Below, piece by piece: positions 8,142 to 17,286 of a DNA stretch of 23,781 nucleotides (position 1 is the first letter of the stretch; each line of letters opens with the position of its first letter). Location of the stretch: the NCBI GenBank assembly GCA_031431875.1, contig JANPEF010000081.1, forward strand, positions 1-23,781. Reading direction: 5' to 3'. Origin of the DNA: Candidatus Eiseniibacteriota bacterium (lineage in GTDB: Bacteria > Eisenbacteria > RBG-16-71-46 > DASYSL01). The notes below the pieces were generated by a model. It was not told the DNA's origin. It saw nothing but the letters and a program-made list of their open reading frames with translations, and did not search any database. A program made the position numbers and the translations under genes.

Positions 8142-8404
8142 TGGGGTTGGGTTTCGTCCAGATCGCTGAAATTCGAAGAATGCTCGACGAGTGCGCCCCT
8201 GGACATGAGGTGGTACCGAAGCTCCACCACGACTGGATCAAGTACGAGAACAGGACCTTCCAGACCCTTCCCCTGGGAGATCACGCCAGCAGGTCGAAGA
8301 AGAAGGCCGGCTCGGCCGACGTCAAGGCGACCTACGTGATCCAGATTGCGCGGGCACTCAAGCTCCCGGCGGATTGTGTCCGCAAGCACTTTGCCTTCGC
8401 CTGA
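8141..8404 (+). CDS. Putative HicA-like mRNase toxin (divergent)
   Basis: 87 aa, basic. The pattern is helix (EIRRML..)G-strand-HH-strand-strand-P..H-helix (V..IAR.L), as in the HicA dsRBD-like fold. The GTG start overlaps the upstream TAG by 1 nt. Confidence 0.6.
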   Translation: MGLGFVQIAEIRRMLDECAPGHEVVPKLHHDWIKYENRTFQTLPLGDHASRSKKKAGSADVKATYVIQIARALKLPADCVRKHFAFA

Positions 8405-8443
8405 GCCGCGGGCCTTCGCAGGATCCTGCCAGCATCCCCGCAC

Positions 8444-8472
8444 TTGCGACCGATCCGGCCAAATGCTAGCCT
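8444..8472 (+). promoter_or_regulatory. Putative sigma70 promoter of tRNA-Ser
   Basis: TTGCGA-17 nt-TAGCCT with an extended -10 TG, 23 nt upstream of the tRNA. Confidence 0.55.
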
Positions 8473-8495
8473 GACACTCGATTGCAAGCCTTCGC

Positions 8496-8585
8496 GGAGA
8501 GGTGGCCGAGTGGCTGAAGGCAGCGGTTTGCTAAACCGCCGAACGCGAAAGTGTTCCGGAGGTTCGAATCCTCTCCTCTCCGCCA
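8496..8585 (+). tRNA. tRNA-Ser(GCT)
   Basis: Acceptor stem GGAGAGG/CCTCTCC, anticodon arm GCGGT-TTGCTAA-ACCGC, long variable arm GAACGC-GAAA-GTGTTC, TTCGAAT loop, G73 and encoded CCA. Confidence 0.98.
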
Positions 8586-8596
8586 TTCAATAGCGA

Positions 8597-8629
8597 CGCC
8601 CCCCGGGCCGAGACCCGGGGGGCGATTTT
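8597..8629 (+). terminator. Intrinsic terminator between convergent tRNA-Ser and katG
   Basis: CGCCCCCCGGG-CCGAGA-CCCGGGGGGCG (11-bp perfect stem) followed by ATTTT. Confidence 0.8.
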
Positions 8630-8652
8630 GCTTCGGGGGGAGGCTCGCAGGA

Positions 8653-10860
<2,208 letters not shown>

Positions 10861-10889
10861 TCACGGTGTGCTGTCCATGCGTGGTGGGG

Positions 10890-10918
10890 AGGGTACGGAG
10901 CGGACAGTGCCCCAGCAA
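10890..10918 (-). promoter_or_regulatory. Putative katG promoter
   Basis: Minus strand reads TTGCTG-17 nt-TACCCT, about 40 nt upstream of the ATG. Confidence 0.4.
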
Positions 10919-10948
10919 GTCGAGAAATCCCAGACGATTATGCTGATG

Positions 10949-10975
10949 GCTTCGATAAGTTGGGATTATCGAAGC
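10949..10975. promoter_or_regulatory. LysR/OxyR-type operator palindrome upstream of katG
   Basis: Perfect inverted repeat GCTTCGATAA-N7-TTATCGAAGC with a T-N11-A core. On the minus strand it continues ATAA-N7-TTAT-N7-ATCA. Confidence 0.65.
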
Positions 10976-10985
10976 AACCCCCGGC

Positions 10986-11015
10986 TTGACACGAGCCCGG
11001 AGGCCGACCTATAAC
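10986..11015 (+). promoter_or_regulatory. Putative sigma70 promoter of tRNA-Arg
   Basis: TTGACA-18 nt-TATAAC. Confidence 0.6.
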
Positions 11016-11126
11016 TTGCTCAGGTTCGGCCTCTCCTGCAGGCTTCCGGAGAGGCTATTTCTTCGCGGTCCCGCCTCCCGGCCTGCCGGGGGCGGATCCC
11101 CTGCGAAGGACGCCGAACTCGAACGT

Positions 11127-11203
11127 GCGCCCATAGCTCAATTGGATAGAGCATCTGACTACGGATCAGAAGGTTGGGGGTTCAACTCCTCCTGGGCGCA
11201 CCA
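11127..11203 (+). tRNA. tRNA-Arg(ACG)
   Basis: Acceptor stem GCGCCCA/TGGGCGC, D arm GCTC/GAGC, anticodon arm TCTGA-CTACGGA-TCAGA, TTCAACT loop and encoded CCA. Confidence 0.98.
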
Positions 11204-11252
11204 CCTCCGTCCCGCGCCACGTCCACTCCCGCACGATCCACCCGTGGGCGCC

Positions 11253-12170
11253 ATGACCGAGGAAGTCCCGCCGCGCAAGATCATCCCGATCGGAGAGGGC
11301 CGTCAGGCCGCCGAGGACCCCGCCTGGGACGAGCTCGGGACACCCGGGCCCGCCGAACCCATCGATTTCGAGTTCGAAGCGCCGGAGCCCCCGCCGCCCG
11401 GCCTGTGGGATCGCGTCGGCGACGTCCACCCCGGCTTCACCTACGCGCTCGTGCTCGCCATCCTCGTCGGCTTCGCCGCCCAGCTGGTGACCGCGAGCGT
11501 CGGCCTCGACCGGGCGCTCACCGGCGGCTCGCTGACCGGGCCGTTCGTCGAGGCCGGGGCCGCGTCGCGCGGGCCGTTCCTGGCGGGGGAGTGGTGGCGC
11601 CTGCTGTCGCCGCTGTTCCTGCACGCGAACCTCCTGCACCTGGGATCGAACCTCATCGCGCTCGTGCTGGTCGGCGGGGTGGTCGAGCGCGCTTACGGCC
11701 ACTCGCGCTTTCTCCTCATCTTCGTGCTGGCCGGCGCGGTCGCGTCGCTCGCCACGTTCGAGCACCAGGGCTGGGTGATGGCCGCCGCTGCCGCCTCGGG
11801 CGGAGAGTGGCACGGGCTCGGCTCGATCGGCGCCTCGGGGGCGATCTACGGTGTGGGCGCGGCGGTCGTGGCTGCCGCGTTCCGGCTGCGCGGGCTGCTT
11901 ACGCCGTGGCGCGCGCGAGCGCTCATCGGCGCGACGCTGCCGCTGCTCCTGTCGAGCCTTGCCGGCGGTTTCGCCAAGCCTGGCACGGACAACGCGGCGC
12001 ACCTCGGTGGCGCGGTGGCGGGCCTCCTGCTGGGCGCGGTCCTGCCGTTCCACTCGAACCTGCGGCGGGTTCCCGAGGGCGCCACGGCGCGCACGTTCTG
12101 GGGCCTGTTCGCGCTCGCCGGGCTGGGGATCCTGATGGCCAGCGGGGTGGTGGCGTTTCTCCGGCGCTAG
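11253..12170 (+). CDS. Rhomboid family intramembrane serine protease
   Basis: EWWRL, HANLLHLGSN, catalytic GASG and AHLGG motifs, several TM helices. The ORF-track start at 10986 spans the tRNA and is rejected. An in-frame GTG at 11244 is an alternative start. Confidence 0.93.
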   Translation: MTEEVPPRKIIPIGEGRQAAEDPAWDELGTPGPAEPIDFEFEAPEPPPPGLWDRVGDVHPGFTYALVLAILVGFAAQLVTASVGLDRALTGGSLTGPFVEAGAASRGPFLAGEWWRLLSPLFLHANLLHLGSNLIALVLVGGVVERAYGHSRFLLIFVLAGAVASLATFEHQGWVMAAAAASGGEWHGLGSIGASGAIYGVGAAVVAAAFRLRGLLTPWRARALIGATLPLLLSSLAGGFAKPGTDNAAHLGGAVAGLLLGAVLPFHSNLRRVPEGATARTFWGLFALAGLGILMASGVVAFLRR

Positions 12171-12219
12171 GACGGAGCCCGGGTTGCAACCCTCGCCGCT
12201 TCGTGCGAATTTCCCCTCC

Positions 12220-13611
12220 ATGACCACCACGACCTCCCTCGATCGCACCCGCCTGGCGGCTCGCGTCGACGCGCTCCGTCCCGAGTTCGCCCGCATCCTC
12301 AAGTCGCTCGTCGAAGTCCCGTCCGTCTCGGCCCAGGGCGTGCACAAGCCCGACATCGAGCGTTGTGCCACCGTCGCCGCGGATCTCGTGCGCGCCGCCG
12401 GCGGCAGCGCGCAGGTCGTCGCCACCGACGGCAACCCGGTCGTCGTCGGCACGCTCGGCGATCCGGCCGCGCACCCGACCGTCGTGGTCTACAACCACAT
12501 CGACGTGCAGCCCGCCGCCGAGGGCAAGGACGGCTGGACGCGCCCGCCGTTCGTCTTCGCCGAGGAGGCCGACCGCTACTACGGCCGCGGCTCGACCGAC
12601 GACAAGGGACCCGGCGTCACCGCGCTGCTCGCCGCGACGCTGGCGCGCGAGGAGGGGATCCCGCTCGCCGTGCGCTTCGTCTGGGAGCTCGAGGAGGAGA
12701 TCGGGTCCCCATCGTTCGAGGGGTTCCTCGCCGCGCACGGCGCGCCGCTCACGCCGGCGTCGGTGCTCGTCTCGGACACGATCTGGCTCGCGGCCGGCAA
12801 GCCCGCGGTGCCCTACGGGCTGCGCGGCCTCGCCGGTGGATTGCTCAAGCTGCGCACGGCGAAGAAGGACGCGCATTCCGGCCTCGCCGGCGGCGCCGCG
12901 CGCAACCCCGTCGCCGAGCTGGCCGACGTCGTCGCGAGGTGCGTGAACGCGCGCACCGGCGAGATCCTGATCGAGGGCTTCGACCAGACGTGGTCGCCGG
13001 TGTCGGCCGAGGAGGCACGGGACTTCGTCGCCAGCGGCTTCTCGGTCGAGTCGTACAAGGCGGCGCACCAGCTCGAACTGCTGCGCAGCGAGGATCCGGC
13101 CGAGGTCACGCAGCGCATCTGGGGCCGGCCCACGTTCGAGGTGCACGGCATCGCCGGCGGTTACCAGGACGAGGGCATCAAGACCATCGTGCCGCCGTTC
13201 GCCGAGGCGAAGGTGTCGATGCGGCTCGTGCCGCCACAGGATCCCGCCGAGTGCATGGCGCTTCTTGCGGCGCACGTGAGGAAGATCAATCCGGACGTCG
13301 AGGTCACGTTCGAGAAGGGGCTGCGCCCGTACTCGGGGGCGCGCAGCGGGCCGTTCGCCGACGCCGCGTCCGACGCCCTCGAGTTCGGCTTCGGCGCCCG
13401 CCCGGCGTTCGTCCGCGAGGGCGGCTCGATCGGCGCCGTGCTGTCGATGGCCGAGGCCTGGAACGTGCCGATCACGCTGCTCGGGATGTCGCTGCCCGAG
13501 GACGGCTACCACGGCCCGAACGAATCCTACGCATGGGGCCAGGCCCGCGGCGGGATGCTGACCTTCGTCCGCTATTTCGAACGGCTGGCGGCCCTGCACG
13601 CCCACGCCTGA
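12220..13611 (+). CDS. M20 family metallo-dipeptidase (CNDP/ArgE/DapE-like)
   Basis: HIDVQP, GRGSTDDKG, EEEIGS, HSG..GG, GGSI and H.PNE motifs. Confidence 0.93.
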   Translation: MTTTTSLDRTRLAARVDALRPEFARILKSLVEVPSVSAQGVHKPDIERCATVAADLVRAAGGSAQVVATDGNPVVVGTLGDPAAHPTVVVYNHIDVQPAAEGKDGWTRPPFVFAEEADRYYGRGSTDDKGPGVTALLAATLAREEGIPLAVRFVWELEEEIGSPSFEGFLAAHGAPLTPASVLVSDTIWLAAGKPAVPYGLRGLAGGLLKLRTAKKDAHSGLAGGAARNPVAELADVVARCVNARTGEILIEGFDQTWSPVSAEEARDFVASGFSVESYKAAHQLELLRSEDPAEVTQRIWGRPTFEVHGIAGGYQDEGIKTIVPPFAEAKVSMRLVPPQDPAECMALLAAHVRKINPDVEVTFEKGLRPYSGARSGPFADAASDALEFGFGARPAFVREGGSIGAVLSMAEAWNVPITLLGMSLPEDGYHGPNESYAWGQARGGMLTFVRYFERLAALHAHA

Positions 13612-13743
13612 CCGCTCTTTCGACCGCTGCGGGATTCCGTGGACGCCCGCGGCCCGCTGCCGGACAATGACGCCTTCGCCCGACGCGATCACCGACCCGC
13701 GGGGTCGCCGACGGCGCTCTCTCTGCCGCTTCGAGGTCCGACC

Positions 13744-14058
13744 ATGGCCGAAGTCTCGTTCCGCATCGATCCGATCCACCTCGAGCAGATGAATCGCCGC
13801 ATCGGCGAATACCTCGGCCTCAACTACGAGCGTTCGACGCTGTCGCGCATCGTCGAGGAGTACCCCGAGATCGAGCCTGCCGAGGAGCGCACGTGGGACA
13901 TCCGCATGCGCTACAACGGCCGCGACATGATGCTCGAGTATCGCATCACGCTCGACGACAACGAGGAGCCCGAGGTCGTCCTCGACGGCCCCGACGGCTT
14001 CATGGAAGAGCTCGAAGCCGAAGTCGTCCGTCCCGTGCTCGAGGAGTACGAGGGATGA
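13744..14058 (+). CDS. Small acidic hypothetical protein
   Basis: GAGG RBS, GC3-rich codons, 104 aa with about 28 Asp/Glu and no Lys. ATGA overlap with the next gene. Confidence 0.75.
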   Translation: MAEVSFRIDPIHLEQMNRRIGEYLGLNYERSTLSRIVEEYPEIEPAEERTWDIRMRYNGRDMMLEYRITLDDNEEPEVVLDGPDGFMEELEAEVVRPVLEEYEG

Positions 14059-14846
14059 ATCGCGTCGCCCGCAACCTCGCGCTTGTCCTGGCGCTTGCGG
14101 GCGTGGCGCCGTTGCTCCCCATCGTGTCGCCCGCGGTGTTCGCCGCGGACGAGGCGAAGCCCGCGAAGAAGCCCAAGCTCAAGAAGAACCAGGCGCTCGT
14201 GGCCGAGGACTGGGCCGCCCGCAACATCCGTAGCATCGCCATGATGCCCCTCGAGGCGATCGAGGGCGACGAGCAGGCACGCAGCCTGACCCGCGCCGCG
14301 ATCGAAAATGCGCTCGCCGATCGTGGCTACAAGCTGCTGCCCGCGGGAAGCGTGCGCTCCACCGCCGATCGCGGCGACGCCACGCCCGCGCTCGCGGCGG
14401 CGACCAGGGGGTTCCACGACGAGGCACCCCTCGACAGCGTGTCGGCAGCCGCGCTGCATGGCGCGCTGCGCACCGACGTGATCCTGCTCACCAACCTCAC
14501 GCAGTGGAAGCGCTACATGGTCGACCCGTTCACCCGCGGCGCGTCGTTCACCCAGGTGGGTTTCGACGGGGTGCTGTTCTCGCTCGTCGACGGCGCGGTG
14601 CTGTGGCGGGGAAACTTCCTCGAGAAGCTGGACGGCCCGTACAACGAGCCGCAACGCGGGGACCAGGATGTGCGCGATCCCGGCCAGAACGCCAAGCAGC
14701 AGGCCGCGCTCGAGCCGCCGCTCTACGAGGAGGTGCTCGACAAGCTCATGCTGCGGGCCATCGGCACGATGCCGAAGCCGGCGCCGCCTGCGACCACGCC
14801 CGCCGTGCCCGCCGTGCCCGCGACGCCCGTCCCGGCCGGCAAGTAG
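14055..14846 (+). CDS. Secreted protein with GNA1162/CsgG/TolB-N-like alpha/beta fold
   Basis: Signal peptide ending VFA. SIAMMPL...L.DRGY....TDVILL..LTQW...L.DG.VLW pattern. Pro/Ala-rich tail. Confidence 0.65.
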   Translation: MNRVARNLALVLALAGVAPLLPIVSPAVFAADEAKPAKKPKLKKNQALVAEDWAARNIRSIAMMPLEAIEGDEQARSLTRAAIENALADRGYKLLPAGSVRSTADRGDATPALAAATRGFHDEAPLDSVSAAALHGALRTDVILLTNLTQWKRYMVDPFTRGASFTQVGFDGVLFSLVDGAVLWRGNFLEKLDGPYNEPQRGDQDVRDPGQNAKQQAALEPPLYEEVLDKLMLRAIGTMPKPAPPATTPAVPAVPATPVPAGK

Positions 14847-14856
14847 GCCGCGCCCG

Positions 14857-15333
14857 ATGCCGTTCTTCCTCCGCGACGACGAGGCCGCGATGCGCGGCGC
14901 GCTGGCCGAGGCCGCGCGCGCGCTCGACGAGGGTGAGGTGCCGGTGGGCTGCGTGATCGTCCAAGACGGCGTCATCGTCGGCCGTGGGCACAACCAGGTC
15001 GAGCGCCTGCACGACGCCACCGCGCACGCCGAGATCGTCGCCATTGGCGCCGCCTCGACCACGCTCGGCTCATGGCGACTCGCGGAGTGCACGCTCTTCG
15101 TCACGCTCGAGCCCTGTGCCATGTGCGCTGGCGCGATCGTGCTCGCGCGCGTGGGTCGCGTCGTCTTCGGCGCGCTCGATCCCAAGGCCGGCGCCTGCGG
15201 TTCGGTGCTGTCGGTGCTCGACGAGCCGCGCCTCAACCACCAGCCGGCGGTCACCTCGGGCGTGCTTGCCGACGAGGCGGGGACCATGCTCACCGATTTC
15301 TTCGAGCTCAAGCGGCGTCAGGCCGCGCATTAG
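14857..15333 (+). CDS. tadA: tRNA-specific adenosine-34 deaminase
   Basis: GEVPVG, D.TAHAE, TLEPCAMCAGA, DPKAGACGS, LNH and FF..KR motifs. Confidence 0.93.
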   Translation: MPFFLRDDEAAMRGALAEAARALDEGEVPVGCVIVQDGVIVGRGHNQVERLHDATAHAEIVAIGAASTTLGSWRLAECTLFVTLEPCAMCAGAIVLARVGRVVFGALDPKAGACGSVLSVLDEPRLNHQPAVTSGVLADEAGTMLTDFFELKRRQAAH

Positions 15334-15367
15334 CGTCGGGATCAGCATCAGCAAAGGCGGAGTCGGC

Positions 15368-15940
15368 ATGGCGGGACACCTGAACGTCGAGTTGAAGGCC
15401 CGCTGCGCCGATCCCGCGCGCGTGCGGCGCATCCTCGACGAAGCCGGCGCCGAATTTCGCGGTCTCGACCGCCAGCGCGACGTCTACTTCAACGTCGCCG
15501 CCGGACGTCTCAAGCTGCGCCGCGGCACGATCGAGCGCTCCCTGGTGCACTACCACCGTGCCGACGCCGCGGCCGTCAGGCGCTCCGAGGTGACGCTGGC
15601 GCGCCTCGAGGCGCTCGACATGCCGGAGCTCGATGCGATCGAGGCGGCGCTGACCGTGGGCCTGGGTATCTCGACCGTGGTCGAGAAGGCGCGCGAGATC
15701 CGCTTCGTCGGCAACGTGAAGTTCCATCTCGACGAGGTGCCCGGCCTGGGCGCCTTCGTCGAGATCGAGGCGATCGACCTCGACGGCACGCGCGGCGAGA
15801 CCGCGCTCCGCGCGCAGTGCGAGGAGTGGCGTGCGCGCCTGGCGATCGCCGACGAAGACCTGCTGGCCCATTCGTATTCCGACCTGATCGGCGACGCCAC
15901 GCTGGCCGAGCCCGTTTCCTCCACCCCCCGGAGGTCGTGA
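15368..15940 (+). CDS. CYTH-domain protein (class IV adenylate cyclase/triphosphatase-like)
   Basis: NVELKAR, QRDVYF, RLKLR, HLDEVPGLG.FVEIE and SY.DL motifs. GGAG RBS. Confidence 0.9.
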   Translation: MAGHLNVELKARCADPARVRRILDEAGAEFRGLDRQRDVYFNVAAGRLKLRRGTIERSLVHYHRADAAAVRRSEVTLARLEALDMPELDAIEAALTVGLGISTVVEKAREIRFVGNVKFHLDEVPGLGAFVEIEAIDLDGTRGETALRAQCEEWRARLAIADEDLLAHSYSDLIGDATLAEPVSSTPRRS

Positions 15941-17286
15941 TGACCGCTCCCCTCGATCCGACATTGCACTTCGGCCCGCGCACCGCGGGGCGCGTCGCGG
16001 CGATGGCCGACGGCCTCGTCGGTTCGGAGATCCTCAAGATCGCCGCCGACATCCGTGTCGCGATCGCCGCCGGCGACTCGGTGTGCAACCTCACGGTCGG
16101 CGACTTCGCCCCGGCGCAATTCCGCATCCCCGCCGCACTCGAAGCCGGCATCGTCCGTGCGTATGCGGCGGGGGAGACGAACTATCCGCCGTCCGACGGC
16201 GTGCCCGCGCTGCGCGAGGCCGTGGCGCGCTTCTACGCGACGCGCCTGGGCCTCGCCTACCCGGCCGCGAGCATTCTCATCGCCGGTGGCGGCCGGCCGC
16301 TCATCTACGGCGCCTACCGTGCGCTGGTCGATCCGGGCGATCGCGTCGTCTTCCCGGTGCCGTCGTGGAACAACAACCACTACGTGCACATGACCGGTGC
16401 CGTGGCCGTGCCCGTCGTGTGCGGGGCCGACACCGCGTTCCTGCCCACGCGCGAGATGCTGCTGCCCCACCTGCCGGGCGCGCGCATGGTCGCGTTGTGC
16501 TCGCCGCTCAACCCGGCCGGCACGCTGTTCGACGCCGAGCAATTGGCGGGCATCTGCGACGCGATCCTCGAGGAGAACGCACGCCGCGGGCCCGGCGAGC
16601 GCCCGCTGTACCTCCTCTATGACCAGATCTACTGGATGCTCACGTTCGGCGCCGCGCAGCACGTCACGCCGCCGGTCCTGCGCCCCGCGATGGCGCGCTA
16701 CACGATCTTCGTCGACGGCGTGTCGAAGGCGTTCGCCGCGACCGGCGTGCGCGTGGGCTGGTCGGCCGGACCCCCCGACGTGATCGAGCGCATGAGCGGC
16801 CTGCTCGGCCATGTCGGCGCGTGGGCACCGCGCCCCGAGCAGGTCGCGGTGGCGCAGCTGCTGGTCGACCACGTCGCGATCGACGCCTACCATGCGACGA
16901 TGAAGCCCGGTATCGAGGAGCGCCTGACCGGGCTCTACCGCGGGCTCGCCGCGCTGGCCGCGGCCGGGCTGCCGGTGCGCGTGATCCCGCCGCACGCGTC
17001 GATCTACCTCACCGCCGAGTTCGACCTGGTCGGCGCGACGACGCCCGACGGGCGCACGTTCGCCGGGGGCGAGGACATCCGCCGCTGGCTGCTCGCGGAG
17101 TCGGGCATGGCCGTCGTGCCGTTCTCGGCGTTCGGCGCGGACGATGCGTCGGGATGGTTCCGCCTGTCGGTCGGCGCCGTTTCGGTCACCGAGATTGAAG
17201 CGCTGTTGCCCCGTCTCGAAGCCGCGCTCCGCAGCCTGCCGGCCCACGCCGGAGCTGCGGGAGGCGCGCGCAAGGCCTCGCAGTGA
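15940..17286 (+). CDS. PLP-dependent aminotransferase class I/II (aspartate aminotransferase-like)
   Basis: NL.VGDF, SP.NP.G, DQIY, SKAFAATGVRVGW (PLP Lys) and FRLS motifs. GGAGG RBS. The start overlaps the CYTH stop. Confidence 0.93.
   Translation: MTAPLDPTLHFGPRTAGRVAAMADGLVGSEILKIAADIRVAIAAGDSVCNLTVGDFAPAQFRIPAALEAGIVRAYAAGETNYPPSDGVPALREAVARFYATRLGLAYPAASILIAGGGRPLIYGAYRALVDPGDRVVFPVPSWNNNHYVHMTGAVAVPVVCGADTAFLPTREMLLPHLPGARMVALCSPLNPAGTLFDAEQLAGICDAILEENARRGPGERPLYLLYDQIYWMLTFGAAQHVTPPVLRPAMARYTIFVDGVSKAFAATGVRVGWSAGPPDVIERMSGLLGHVGAWAPRPEQVAVAQLLVDHVAIDAYHATMKPGIEERLTGLYRGLAALAAAGLPVRVIPPHASIYLTAEFDLVGATTPDGRTFAGGEDIRRWLLAESGMAVVPFSAFGADDASGWFRLSVGAVSVTEIEALLPRLEAALRSLPAHAGAAGGARKASQ

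Noticed and set aside
10954..10970. Fur box reading of GATAA...TTATC
   Set aside because: The spacing is N7, not the N9 of the 19-bp Fur box. The LysR T-N11-A reading fits better.
10986..11243. N-terminal extension of the rhomboid ORF
   Set aside because: It starts at the TTG of a -35 box and runs through the tRNA-Arg gene, so it is not coding.
14790..14835. Short tandem repeat (cccgccgtg)n
   Set aside because: It encodes the low-complexity PAVPAVPATP tail and is not a CRISPR or mobile repeat.
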